Positions 22,049 through 33,641 of a stretch of 64,000 nt of DNA are shown one piece after another. Positions within the stretch are counted from its first letter, which is position 1. Each line of letters begins with the position of its first letter. The stretch is from contig BCGN01000001.1 of the NCBI GenBank assembly GCA_001599295.1, positions 1 through 64,000 of the forward strand, given 5' to 3'. The notes under the pieces were generated by a model. It made no database searches. It was not told the DNA's origin and worked only from the letters and a program-made list of their open reading frames with translations. The position numbers and the translations under genes were made by a program. The stretch is from Sporopachydermia quercuum. Its lineage: Eukaryota.

Positions 22049-24265
22049 ATGAAAATTAATGTCACCAAAAATGAAGCTGTTGCCCGGCAAGGAAGCTCTA
22101 AAAATTACGGAATTGTCATAGATGCTGGCTCATCAGGCTCAAGATTACAAATATATCAATGGAATGATTATGAAAGCGTGATAAATTACTTGGTTGATAA
22201 TGACGATGATGAATCCACCACAAAAGCGAAAGCTGAATCGTCAGAAAGTTTCACAAATGCTATGAAACAGAAAATGCTTACATCTGTTCCACAAATATCA
22301 CAAGAATCAAACTGGACTAAGAAAACATCACCAGGTATATCAACATATGCCGATAAGACGAACACAATATGGGATAACCATTTGAAAGATTTAATAGATT
22401 TTGCAAAGGAACATATCCCACGAGAAAGCTGGAGCTCGACACCTATTTATTTTTTTGCTACCGCTGGCGTAAGACTTTTACCACCAGAATCACAAAAAAA
22501 ACTTTTATCAACTGTTTGTAAAAATTTAGAAAACGATGGAACTTTTTTTATTGACTCCGGATCAAATTACAACCCTTTTCATACTTGTGGAGAACACGTT
22601 CAAGTAATTGATGGAGAAACAGAAGGCCTATATGGGTGGTTAGCCCTGAACTACTTGCTTGGACAGTTTAATGAGTATGATCCTGAAGCAAAAGAGCATT
22701 TATCATATGGATTCATGGATATGGGAGGAGCGTCAACACAACTAGCTTTTGCACCTAATAGAACAGAAGCTGGAAAACATGCTGACGATTTAGCAGAGAT
22801 AACGTTAAGAAGTTTCAATGGGGATACTCAGAAATGGGATGTTTTTGTTACTACATGGCTAGGTTTTGGAGCCAATGAGGCTAGAAAGCGATATATTGAA
22901 TCTTTGGTTTATTTATCATCTGTTCCAGGTGAAAATGGATTGATCCATCCTAAGGAAGTTTATGATCCTTGTTTACCCTCTGATGCTGTTCAGCACGCAG
23001 GAAGTGTTACTGTTAACGGTATCGGTAATTATGAAATGTGCTTGAGGACTATGTTTCCATTACTCTTAAAGCATTTGCCATGTAAGGATGAACCATGTTT
23101 ATTTGATGGTGTTCATGTGCCAGGGTTAGACTTTGTTCATCATAAATTTGTGGGTATCAGTGAATATTTCTACACAGCTAAAGACATCTTCAAAATGCAG
23201 GGCGTGTATGATTATTCTAAGTTCAGTGAGAAAGTACAGGATTTTTGTCAAACCCCTTGGGAAGAAATTGAGGCTGCATATGAAAATGGAGAATATCGTG
23301 ATAAAGAATCGGGTAAAGAAGTTCCTTTGAATGTTTTAAAAAATGCATGTTTCAAGTCAAGTTGGATTATAAATGTTCTTCATGAGGGATATGGAATGCC
23401 TAGGCTAGGACTAGATTCAGGATATGGAACAAGGGTATCAGCAGATAGCCCCCAGTTAGTGGATAATATAATAGCAGACATAGAGCCATTAGCAGGGCCA
23501 GTGTTTTCGAGTGCCAACTCTATCCAGGGCTCTGAACTTTCATGGGCTCTAGGCAAAATACTACTATACGCTTGTAGTCAGATTCCGATAATATCCGGAA
23601 AAAATCCGGTAGGAATTGTTCTACCATCATCTGATTCGGAATCAGAGTCTAAAGTTGATTTCAAGAAGCATGCAAGAGAAGATAACACTTCTGTTTTTGT
23701 CCTTCTAGGCCTTTTTGCTTCTTTGATATTTGTTTTCTACTTAGTGTCATTCAAATTTCATTTTGTTAAGCTATCAAATTCTTTTCATTCGTTGAGGTTA
23801 AAAACTCACACCATTCTCTCAAAATTACACAATGTTATCGTTACTATCATTAGACGACAAATATCACCAAGAGAGCCTAGATTAGCTTCAAGTGTTCAGA
23901 GAAGACGAAATTTGTTATTTGATTTAGAAAGAAGATCAGGTCCCGATTTAGAAGATGGGTTTAGTAATTATCCTCTTCGTGGAAAAGACACCAGAACGCC
24001 AATGTCATCAAGCTCTATCGATTTGGCAGATAATCCTTTTTCATTTGGCTCAGCTAAACACTCATTTAGAACAAGAAGCAATCTCGATTTAGATACCAAT
24101 AGTAATGGAAACACACTTATATCTAGCTTCGAACAACTAAAGGATGCCTCAAGTAAGCAAGGATCAAGACCTGCTTCCGCAAATGACACTGTCGTCGGTA
24201 GGGCGAGTATCAAACATAGTTTTTCGTCCGCTGTGCTGAAAGGAAAACTCACGAATGAACTATAA
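22049..24265 (+). CDS. YND1: Golgi apyrase (GDA1/CD39 family NTPDase)
   Basis: Apyrase conserved regions DAGSSGSR, ATAGVR, IDGETEGLYGW, DMGGASTQ and SWALG. One C-terminal TM helix with a long cytosolic tail matches Ynd1 topology. Confidence 0.9.
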   Translation: MKINVTKNEAVARQGSSKNYGIVIDAGSSGSRLQIYQWNDYESVINYLVDNDDDESTTKAKAESSESFTNAMKQKMLTSVPQISQESNWTKKTSPGISTYADKTNTIWDNHLKDLIDFAKEHIPRESWSSTPIYFFATAGVRLLPPESQKKLLSTVCKNLENDGTFFIDSGSNYNPFHTCGEHVQVIDGETEGLYGWLALNYLLGQFNEYDPEAKEHLSYGFMDMGGASTQLAFAPNRTEAGKHADDLAEITLRSFNGDTQKWDVFVTTWLGFGANEARKRYIESLVYLSSVPGENGLIHPKEVYDPCLPSDAVQHAGSVTVNGIGNYEMCLRTMFPLLLKHLPCKDEPCLFDGVHVPGLDFVHHKFVGISEYFYTAKDIFKMQGVYDYSKFSEKVQDFCQTPWEEIEAAYENGEYRDKESGKEVPLNVLKNACFKSSWIINVLHEGYGMPRLGLDSGYGTRVSADSPQLVDNIIADIEPLAGPVFSSANSIQGSELSWALGKILLYACSQIPIISGKNPVGIVLPSSDSESESKVDFKKHAREDNTSVFVLLGLFASLIFVFYLVSFKFHFVKLSNSFHSLRLKTHTILSKLHNVIVTIIRRQISPREPRLASSVQRRRNLLFDLERRSGPDLEDGFSNYPLRGKDTRTPMSSSSIDLADNPFSFGSAKHSFRTRSNLDLDTNSNGNTLISSFEQLKDASSKQGSRPASANDTVVGRASIKHSFSSAVLKGKLTNEL

Positions 24266-24441
24266 TCAACCTGGGTTTTTTTGAAGGAAATCACAGTATA
24301 TGTAATCATAATTTCAGCAATGCTACAACTCATATTAACAACTAATTTAATCAAGCCTTTATTAAACCTATATCTATTGGTCATCCCAAAGTGATAGACT
24401 ATCTATTTACACCTTACACCAACATATCACCTCCACTTGAG

Positions 24442-26577
24442 TCACATTCCATAATATTCCTTATAATAATAAATTCCTTGTGCAGCTGACCCTTTTCCAA
24501 CTGCTCTTGTATTAGAAATATTGCTAACAAGCCTTGAAACTAAATCATTAAAAACTTCAGGTCCGCATGATATAACTGCTGACTCACCTTGTGCTTTGCT
24601 AACATTCCTATTGATTAATGCGTACATTATCTTGTTAGATGGTCTCTTGTATTTCACTTGTACAGACCTCAGGTTTGAAATAAAAGATCTTACTTCTGAT
24701 CGAGAAACTCCATAGAAATCATATCCACAACAGCATTTCCCATTCTCGTCCGGTGCTACACATTCGCACATTCCAGATGATCCCCCACAATTATTAGCCG
24801 ATGAATCGGTTATCTCAACCATACCTTCAGTATTACTAATAACAGCTTCCGGATCTTTGCGATTATCACAAATAGTTGAGACACCATTGTTCTCACAGGT
24901 GACGAAAACATTTATTTGCAAGTCGAATGGTATCCTGAACTCTTTTCTCAGTCGATCTCTATATTCCTGTAGCTCCTCTAAAGCTGCGGTGAATGGATAG
25001 AGATCAGCTATGAACTTGACTACTAAATTCAAACAAAGATTTCTGACAATTGATCCTTTACTCGTTTGCTTATTAACGCTGTTAACCATTATATCCTTAG
25101 CAATTGGAACAACAAAAGATGCTCCAGTACCACCAGAAAACAATATCACTGTATCAAATATCTTGAAATCTCTTGTAATACCATAAGGACCATCAATTAC
25201 CACGGGAATATTTGTAATAGCAGGACCTACAACAATATCTTTTTCATGCGTAGCTAATGGTTCAGCTTTCACCGAGACTTTTTTAAACAAATTCTTGGTG
25301 AAATTTCCTCTTGATGCAATATTCAGCTTGACATATCCATCCGAATTTATTGAAGCGATCGTAAAAGGATGTGGTAGCTCAAGAGGTGCTAATGTTGGGA
25401 AAGAAACGTAAACATATTGACCTGGAGCCCATGAAAAGTCCAATAGATTGTTCTTCTTATTAGTAGGAATGATAACAGTAGTGTTATTTGATGATAATGC
25501 TGATTTATTGATAGATAAAGAAGCCCTATGATAAGTAGATAATCTTCCGCCATGAAAGAATCCAATAATACCTCGGTTATAAACCATCGAAAGCACGAAT
25601 CTTAATAACCAATCAAAAAGGATCAAACCTATCGATACCATTATCATAGGATAAGAATATGTTGGTGCATGTAATACTAACAACACAAAAAAAGCACAGA
25701 ATGAAATAATATGCTGGACAACAAAGAAATTATAACTGAGATTTCTGATTGGTTGCAAAGCAGAAAATACAATCCATGCAAGAACTGAAAAGGCAGCAAT
25801 TCCACGTTTTGTTTGAGTATCTGTCTTTATTTGGTCTTTGAAAAAACCAGGAGTCTTATTCCAAAACTTGGCAACGTAGTAGAAATGAAGAGAAGCTGTT
25901 ATTAACAACACTCTAGCTGTATTTCTGTGAATAATATTTAATTTTTCTTGGGAAACTCCAATCAGCATACCAAGTAACGACCTTTTATTTGCCAATGTAA
26001 CAATTAAAGGCAATTGAGAGATAGATATCCAAGCAGCTCTGTAGTGAAGAGTTTCGAAATTATCTGCCGAGCTTGGATCAATTTGACAAAACATAAGCAA
26101 TAAAACCACAAGAATGTATACGGAAACAATTATTATAACTCCAACCGTTGGCAATCTAAATGTGACGTATCTTGATCTAGAAGATATTCTAGAAATGAGG
26201 GGAATTTTGAATGAATAACTAGGAAAAGAAAAATTTGATACTTCTCTGCCAACAGCTATAAAGAATGCAAAACATCTTGAGATGAGTGAATCTGCTTTGG
26301 ATGGTGATTTTAGTTCTTTCACCCTGCCGTTAGCTTTTTTCTGTAGATTTTCTTTCGCTATCCTCCATCGGTTGTAATTGATGGCATACTGACATAAATG
26401 TAGGATTATCAATACAGCAATATATGAGCCACATACACACCAGAGAATTCGACCAAGAAACCCCGGGCGTGGTGTTCCGTCAGAATTATAATCACCTTGG
26501 CCGTTATTCAATCCAAATATAAAACTACCTCCAGAAGAGCCTGAGCCTGAACCTTGAAATCCTGAAGGAAGAACCAT
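24442..26577 (-). CDS. Ferric/cupric metalloreductase (FRE family)
   Basis: Multiple TM helices with paired heme His, the FAD motif HPFT, and NADPH motifs DGPYG, SGGTG and CGP. Confidence 0.9.
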   Translation of the reverse strand: MVLPSGFQGSGSGSSGGSFIFGLNNGQGDYNSDGTPRPGFLGRILWCVCGSYIAVLIILHLCQYAINYNRWRIAKENLQKKANGRVKELKSPSKADSLISRCFAFFIAVGREVSNFSFPSYSFKIPLISRISSRSRYVTFRLPTVGVIIIVSVYILVVLLLMFCQIDPSSADNFETLHYRAAWISISQLPLIVTLANKRSLLGMLIGVSQEKLNIIHRNTARVLLITASLHFYYVAKFWNKTPGFFKDQIKTDTQTKRGIAAFSVLAWIVFSALQPIRNLSYNFFVVQHIISFCAFFVLLVLHAPTYSYPMIMVSIGLILFDWLLRFVLSMVYNRGIIGFFHGGRLSTYHRASLSINKSALSSNNTTVIIPTNKKNNLLDFSWAPGQYVYVSFPTLAPLELPHPFTIASINSDGYVKLNIASRGNFTKNLFKKVSVKAEPLATHEKDIVVGPAITNIPVVIDGPYGITRDFKIFDTVILFSGGTGASFVVPIAKDIMVNSVNKQTSKGSIVRNLCLNLVVKFIADLYPFTAALEELQEYRDRLRKEFRIPFDLQINVFVTCENNGVSTICDNRKDPEAVISNTEGMVEITDSSANNCGGSSGMCECVAPDENGKCCCGYDFYGVSRSEVRSFISNLRSVQVKYKRPSNKIMYALINRNVSKAQGESAVISCGPEVFNDLVSRLVSNISNTRAVGKGSAAQGIYYYKEYYGM

Positions 26578-27228
26578 GATTGATATCTCCGATTTTTAGA
26601 TAACAAATTTCTGAATTGTATCTTTATGATCAATTCTTGGTCTCGATACTAGCTATTTTAAGCTTATCACATCAATAAGGAGAAAAGTTTGTTCTTATCA
26701 ATGCTATCAACACTGAACTCTTCAACGATAGTATTTTTCCGTTAAGTGACTTTGTGATAGAGCACCTATTATGAAATTTTTGATGTATCCAGAATCGTGC
26801 TGATGAAATAAAGGTGCTGACTTTCTATTTGTTCGCACTCGACAACAAATGATTATGTTTATGTTCACTGTGAGGTTCAATTCAACTTATCAATCAGATG
26901 CTAACTATCCGTCAACAAGTCACACTTTTATATGTTCTGGGTTTTTACAGCACNTTATGTCCTCAGAAAAAAACATTCCAGCACTTCAATTACTCATTCA
27001 CCATTATCATCAACGACCAGCAATTCATCTCGCACAACAGACTGCAGAGGAAATCAAATCAGTTATAATCAGGACTGTTTCTATTCATTCTACGAAAAAC
27101 TTGGTGAAAGGCAGGAAAAGTTCCGGAATTAGGTTAAAGTTTGTTCATCTCGAAGTACAATTCTGCAAGTTTAAATTAAGTTCCACGCTAATCACTTCCT
27201 AAGCAGGAAATCATTTTTACTCATTTAA

Positions 27229-27523
27229 TTTGCTCACTTAATTGACGTTACTGACGGATTTATATGCTCATCTTTCTTTGTGATGAGATAAAATGTTCTG
27301 GTTGTAGTACTTGAAGATTTGAGCTCAAAGCGTATTAGAGGTTGAGTAAAGATTGAAATAAGAAGAGATATAAAGTGTTCAATTATTTGATGCATTATTT
27401 CAGTAATCTCTAAATAAGATGTCTACTATAGAGGATGAATCAGCATGATCTACTGATCAAGATATCAATTCTCACTTGCAATAACATCAGGTCTCATCTT
27501 ACANNTAATTTTTATTGAGCAAA
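27229..27523. promoter_or_regulatory. Copper-response elements (Mac1-type TTTGCTCA) in the FRE/CTR divergent promoter
   Basis: TTTGCTCA at 27229-27236, inverted TGAGCAAA at 27516-27523, and a near-match TATGCTCA at 27263-27270. Confidence 0.6.
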
Positions 27524-28000
27524 TTTGAGCTTCCTCATTCGGAATTAAAGTAACTGCAATATTTTCCAAATAGCCAAATCTTATTTTCAGTTCTCTTCAA
27601 ACAACAAAATTGGACATCGCAAACCAACTCTATACAGGAAATCCCTATTTTCTTCTGATAAATACTCGTTGAGTAATTAATCATGGCGAATAGAGGATAT
27701 ATGACTGCAACTTGATATTTGGAAGAAGAAATTATAGGTTTTTTGTTGAGCGCAACGTATTTCATCATCATTGACGTTCCTAGTTGAAGAGTACTCAGTG
27801 ACTGGTTAAGGAAAATCAGAATAAGTCTGCTCTTTGTTTCTCTAGTGTTGATTCAACTGTGGAACAATTATCAACCGGTCTAATGTTAGATTGGAAGTAG
27901 ATATGCAAATTAGCTAGGCTTATCATTTACCTGAGAATTAAAGGAAAAAGAATCTCGCATTCAAGGCTATACATCAACAACGCATCATACATTAATTACA

Positions 28001-28654
28001 ATGTCTCATGATATGGACGACATGGATATGGGCTCGTCNTCTTCATCTTCATCCTCAATGAGTATGAGTATGTCAATGACTTTCCATAACAGTAAAACAG
28101 ATCCTTTGTGGTCAACACAATGGACACCAAGTTCATCAGGTCAGTACGCTGGCACGTGTATCTTTCTTATAATTTTCTCCATCATTTATAGAGGTCTATT
28201 AGTGTTAAGATACAGAGTAGATCAGCACACCTTAAGAAAGGCAGGGCTGGCAGATGCTTCGATTGTTTCAATAGAAAAAGAATACGACGTTCCTGTGCTC
28301 AATGACTTTGATGATGATTCAGAAAGCGAGGATCTATTTAATTATGCAGAAGATGCAGAAGATGAAAGAGCGAAACAGGATATTGTTGGTACACATAAGA
28401 AGAACGATTCTAATGAGACTGAATGTGCTGGGACCGACAAATCCTTAGGTGTAGGACATAAGAATGGTAAGTCAAGACATTCAAGACCATTTAGACTTTC
28501 TGTTGATCTACCCCATGCCACATTGCAAATGGTAAACTCTGGAGTTGGATATTTGCTTATGATTGCTGTTATGGGTGGTAATGTTGGTTACTTCATTAGT
28601 GTTTTAGGAGGAATATTATTAGGAGAGCTCATATTCGCTCGTTATGCTATTTAA
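28001..28654 (+). CDS. Ctr-family copper transporter
   Basis: Met-rich ectodomain (MSHDMDDMDM...MSMSMSMTFH), three TM helices, MxxxM (MIAVM) in TM2 and GxxxG in TM3. Confidence 0.9.
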   Translation: MSHDMDDMDMGSXSSSSSSMSMSMSMTFHNSKTDPLWSTQWTPSSSGQYAGTCIFLIIFSIIYRGLLVLRYRVDQHTLRKAGLADASIVSIEKEYDVPVLNDFDDDSESEDLFNYAEDAEDERAKQDIVGTHKKNDSNETECAGTDKSLGVGHKNGKSRHSRPFRLSVDLPHATLQMVNSGVGYLLMIAVMGGNVGYFISVLGGILLGELIFARYAI

Positions 28655-29353
28655 AGGAAACAATGTTAGTAAATATGTGTTAAGTTTGACTTTGACTATT
28701 AGTTCGTCAGGTTATATAATGGAATGACATGGAAACAGTGATAGGGAATGAGAAATTGTATAGGTTATAGTAAACATCACGAAGAGTTGTTACAAGGATA
28801 AACAGTTAATAAATGAATTACAAATATTGAGAACAATAGGAGCTTAGTGTACTGAGTGTGATCGTTGAGATTTCCATCATAATTACAAAATGAATCAGAC
28901 AAAGGAGGTTTTCATGTATTAAAAGATACTAAAATAACTAATTCCACTACCTCCCATACCTAGTTTCATAATACAGACGACTATAAGAATCTCTTTTATT
29001 ATTAACTATAATGACTACAGATGAGATACAACACCGATTAGTTTTGTAATTGAGCAAGTAATGAATGCCGGCTATTTTTATGTATCAAATTCATGGATAC
29101 ATTACCTGCAAAATTTGGCAAGCAACAGGATACTATATAAACATCGTACTCTCCAATATGAGGTAGTTAATTAATGGAATGTACATAATTTCTATATTTC
29201 TGCATTGTACTTTACCCACTATTAGCATTTCTCACAATACNATTGCACCACTGTACTACCTATCATTGTAGAAAGATCCATATACAACCACCCATTTTCC
29301 AATTTATCAAACTCTGCCGCTTGCTTCTATCCATTAAACATCCAACCCTCAGT

Positions 29354-30415
29354 CTACATTCTTGACTTCTTCTTAATTGTAGAAGTCGCCTCAGGTCTCT
29401 TATGCGTTTTGAACCAATCCTTTGGCAACTTCTCTTCTTTGACCTTTCCATGCTTTACCATATCATCAGTTAAAATCTTCTCACAGTTGTCAAATAGCAC
29501 CTTGAAACTGGTCTTGATGGTGCCATCACTGATGCCTGTACGCTCACTAATCTTTGTTAGTGACACTTGTTCATCCGAAAGCTCTGTGGCCATATAAATT
29601 GAAGTAGCAGCAATTGTAATTGGAGATCTACCAGCTAAAACACCGGTCTCAACAGACTTTTTCGCCAGTTGTTCAGCTAAATTAGAAGTTGATAGTGGAA
29701 GACCCAAATGTGAACTATATCTTCTAATTAGATCAACAGCTGCAGTATCTTCATTATGACCAGTAGTAGATCTAATATTATTCTGGTAGTATTTTCTATT
29801 AATGATTTTGAACACTTTACCAATCTCTTTTCTTGGAACGTTTGTTAATGCCCATATCTCTTGAAAAGTTCTTGCTACGTTAGATTTTCTACAGCCAATG
29901 AAGATAGCTGCTGCCATTAGACTTTCTTGAGATTTACCTCTTAATTCATTGTCATCGTAAACCAATTTATAAACATCTTTTGCTGCATCTTGCACAATCT
30001 TCGGTAGATGATACTGTTCGCACTTTTGACTTATCTTAGCATAAGCTACTTGTAGAGCATGATCTTTCTTATCCATGGCACTTCTATTCTGTGCTCTGCT
30101 TAAATCTCTACCTAATCTTGAATCGTTTTGAACAAAAGAGATAGTTGTACTTAATTGATCACCATCAAGTAAAGGATTAGAAGCNTTACCTACTCGACTG
30201 GGGTCATCACCAGCTTGGTCATCGTTTGAAAAGGTTCTCCATTCTGAACGAGTATCAATAATTCTACTTCCAAGGACTAATCCACAATTTGCGCACATCA
30301 CATCTCCTTCAGCTGTTCTTTCAATAAGTTCTGGAGGAAATATCCGGCAGTCGGGACACATTAACGTTAAACCAAGATCTGGGCCGTCTCGGATATCAGA
30401 GCTGACGCTCGCCAT
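29354..30415 (-). CDS. SUA7: General transcription factor TFIIB
   Basis: Zinc ribbon CPDC...CANCG, B-reader [10 protein letters not shown]...DPSRVG, and two cyclin repeats ([16 protein letters not shown]). Confidence 0.97.
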   Translation of the reverse strand: MASVSSDIRDGPDLGLTLMCPDCRIFPPELIERTAEGDVMCANCGLVLGSRIIDTRSEWRTFSNDDQAGDDPSRVGXASNPLLDGDQLSTTISFVQNDSRLGRDLSRAQNRSAMDKKDHALQVAYAKISQKCEQYHLPKIVQDAAKDVYKLVYDDNELRGKSQESLMAAAIFIGCRKSNVARTFQEIWALTNVPRKEIGKVFKIINRKYYQNNIRSTTGHNEDTAAVDLIRRYSSHLGLPLSTSNLAEQLAKKSVETGVLAGRSPITIAATSIYMATELSDEQVSLTKISERTGISDGTIKTSFKVLFDNCEKILTDDMVKHGKVKEEKLPKDWFKTHKRPEATSTIKKKSRM

Positions 30416-30971
30416 TTTATTGTGTTGCGTTGATGCTATGCTTTGTGATGAGTTTGGTTAGCTNTCCGAGCAGAGAGTGTGGCTAGCAAAATATGGGATT
30501 GATTCTGCTTTATGCAATGGAAGTTTGTGTGCTCAATGTGACGTAGGCCTGATGCTCAAAATGAGTTGTCCTGCCTGATGAGCAAGAATGACTGATAACT
30601 GAACTTGTCTGTGATGAGTGAATATAGAATGATAGATACGTTGTTTTTATTTGCTTTATCAAAGGAACATTTGCCTTTTAGATGATCTCTCGTTTATATC
30701 GTACATAATTATGAGTAAGGGGAAGTTCTCAAGATATTGTCCAATAAGAGGGATTGCTACAGAGCTATTATTATGATANGGCTTCAACAGTATTGAATCG
30801 AGTACTTTCAGTCACTTTGACTGTTATTATAGTTAATTTGCTAATTTCATTTTTATTGGTAGCAATTTAGCATANTATCCAATCTCTACCTGCATAGAAA
30901 TTTGCTCTATTTATTTCTGTGTCCTTCAACTCTCTTCCTTCAATCCTTCCCCAGAACAGACTCCATGGTAG

Positions 30972-30979
30972 CCGGGTAA
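30972..30979. promoter_or_regulatory. Reb1-type site in the SUA7/NUG1 divergent promoter
   Basis: Exact CCGGGTAA. An RRPE-like AAAAATTTTT follows near 31038, fitting a ribosome-biogenesis gene. Confidence 0.5.
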
Positions 30980-31217
30980 GCTGGCACATTTCCTTATATC
31001 TACATATCAAAANGAGACGTGAAGTGTCTTTCTTAATAAAAATTTTTATAGTGTGAGAAAAAAATCTTTATTGTGTGGCTCTTCCTTATCAACAACTATG
31101 AGCATTGTTTACTTTAAGTAACGTGCAATATTATCTGTAAAACTATTCTTAAACTTGAAAAAAAAACACTTCGAACCNCAATAGCTGATATTTATTTGAC
31201 TACTTACAACTATCACA

Positions 31218-32792
31218 ATGAGAATCAGAAGACCCACAAGTAAAAGGACGTCAACTAAACTGCGTGAAGGGATCAAGAAGAAAGCAGCAGCTCAGAATAG
31301 GAAAAACAAGAAGTTATCAAAAAAGGATCCAACTTGGAAATCAAAGAATAAGAAAGATCCAGGAATTCCAAGTGCTTTTCCATATAAAGATCGAATTCTG
31401 GCTCAGCTAGAAGAAAAGAAACGTTTAGAACTTGAAAAGAGAGAACAAATTAAAGCAGAACGTTTAGCTAAAAGTCAAGCAGCAGGAGAAGAGTTCAACG
31501 GTTTAGACGAAGACGAAGACGAAGACGAAGACGATGGAATGGAAGTCGATGAAAATCCATTGGCTGCTTTATTAGCGTCTGCTGAAGCTGCTGCTAAGGA
31601 ATACAATGGAGACGACAGCGACGAAGAAGGAGAAGAAGATGAAGAAGCTATGGTCGATGACGATGAAGTAGTAGAATATGAATTAGAATTCAGTGATTCT
31701 GAAGATACTCGGGCAGCAAAAGAAAATTCAAGAAAAGCTTTTGATAAAGTGTTCAAAGCTGTCGTTGATAACGCTGATGTTATCCTATACGTTTTAGATG
31801 CCAGAGATCCCGAGGGAACCAGATCAAGAGAAGTTGAACGTCAAGTTTTTGCGAATCCTGACAAGAGACTTATTTTCATATTAAACAAAATAGATTTAGT
31901 ACCTGTTGATGTTATCAAATCATGGGTCTCATATCTGAAAATGTCATTTCCTGTTATTCCAATGACTACTGCTAACACATCATCCTCTTCCCCTTTCAAA
32001 CATCCAAAAGAACTGACGTCTATTGCTACCGCTTCTTGTGTAGTCAGTGCATTGAAGACTTATGCTTCAGCTTCAAACCTAAAGCGGTCTATAGTTGTTG
32101 GTGTTATTGGTTATCCAAACGTTGGAAAGTCTTCAATTATCAATTCAGTGTTAGCAAGGTTTGGTAAAGGCAATAGAGTTTCGTGCCCAGTTGGAGCTCA
32201 AGCTGGTGTTACTACAGCATTAAGAGAAATCAAAGTCGATCAAAAGCTGAAGTTATTAGATTCTCCAGGTATTGTCTTCCCTAATAATGAACCAAAGAAA
32301 GGGAAAGGTGGTAAATCCAAATCAAGATTAGAAGAAGATGCGAGATTACTGTTGTTGAATGCTATTCCTCCAAAACAGATTGATGATCCTTTACCTGCTA
32401 TTAAGTTACTAATCAAACGATTGTCAAATATTGAGAATGCTATGAAAAAGGTGGAAGAACTGTACCAAGTTCCACCCTTACCGAAGGCAAGTTTGGACTC
32501 TTATATGAAGGAGCTTTTGATTCATGTTGCTCGTAAACGAGGAAGATTGGGTAGAGGAGGTATACCTAATTTAGAGTCTGCTGCATTATGTATTCTTACT
32601 GATTGGCGTGATGGTAAGATCATTGGATATGCGTTACCACCCAAAGGTGAAGTTACAACTACAACTGCTACGGCTACCGAAACCGACAGTGGCGTCAATG
32701 TTGTGAAAGGTGGCTCGAATGACCGAGCAATCGTTGTCTCTGAATGGTCAAAAGAGTTTGATTTGGATGGGTTACTCGATGGTCAGTTTTAG
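31218..32792 (+). CDS. NUG1: Nucleolar circularly permuted GTPase (60S biogenesis, nucleostemin family)
   Basis: Basic N-terminus with KKDPGIP, then VLDARDP, NKIDL (G4) before GYPNVGKSS (G1), GVTT and DSPG. Confidence 0.95.
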   Translation: MRIRRPTSKRTSTKLREGIKKKAAAQNRKNKKLSKKDPTWKSKNKKDPGIPSAFPYKDRILAQLEEKKRLELEKREQIKAERLAKSQAAGEEFNGLDEDEDEDEDDGMEVDENPLAALLASAEAAAKEYNGDDSDEEGEEDEEAMVDDDEVVEYELEFSDSEDTRAAKENSRKAFDKVFKAVVDNADVILYVLDARDPEGTRSREVERQVFANPDKRLIFILNKIDLVPVDVIKSWVSYLKMSFPVIPMTTANTSSSSPFKHPKELTSIATASCVVSALKTYASASNLKRSIVVGVIGYPNVGKSSIINSVLARFGKGNRVSCPVGAQAGVTTALREIKVDQKLKLLDSPGIVFPNNEPKKGKGGKSKSRLEEDARLLLLNAIPPKQIDDPLPAIKLLIKRLSNIENAMKKVEELYQVPPLPKASLDSYMKELLIHVARKRGRLGRGGIPNLESAALCILTDWRDGKIIGYALPPKGEVTTTTATATETDSGVNVVKGGSNDRAIVVSEWSKEFDLDGLLDGQF

Positions 32793-33641
32793 TGCTAGTA
32801 TTGGGAGTTATGTACTGTCAGTGAATGAAGTTTATATCAGTGAAGTATAATTCAAGGTACCAGCTGGGAAATTATGCACTTATTTGTTCTTACTGTAGTA
32901 TATACTAAGATTATTAGTCGTATTTTGATTGTTTTGTCTAATTCGTATAGCTGATAAATAACAGGAAGTAAGTGTCCCATAATAGAGGGCGTAACGAAGG
33001 GATACTTACCAATTCGGAAGGGGGGGGAAATAGGTCTCATGATAATTTGCAAGAACTTGAGCATAAATGAAAGACAAAAGAGGGACAAACAAGTGATTAA
33101 CTTAGTATAGAAAACCATTTAAGCTATTTCTGNTTTTTGTTTCACTGTGTGCTATATTGAAAATCTCTTCGTTCATTTCCACAGTTTTCATTTGACTGAA
33201 CATCTAGGCTCCTGAATGTTCCACTTTTCATTTAGTCACATGATTTATTTATTTCCCAAAATCCCTACGACAAGTAATATCAATCTTGATGATTTCATTA
33301 TTCGAACCAAGCTAGGCATGATTCCACTACAGATGCTTAGACTATGTATATCAGAGCCACCATATCTAATAACAAACTCTGAACTCTCAAACCTTCCGAT
33401 CGCTCACCTGCATTAGCTTCAATTGTAGCCAGCTTCATGTCCNATTACAGGTATTATCAATATACAGCACATCAAGGCTCACTTCATCTGTTCGCAATCT
33501 CACATCCAAAACCATTCTTTCTTCTTTATCTGCAACGCTAGAGCCAGATCATTTTTAATTCTAGTATTTCCTGCTCCTCTAAAGCTGTTTTACATACCAA
33601 GGTAACTTTATTTTGCCATAGTACTTTTGCTGGTNATTTTC

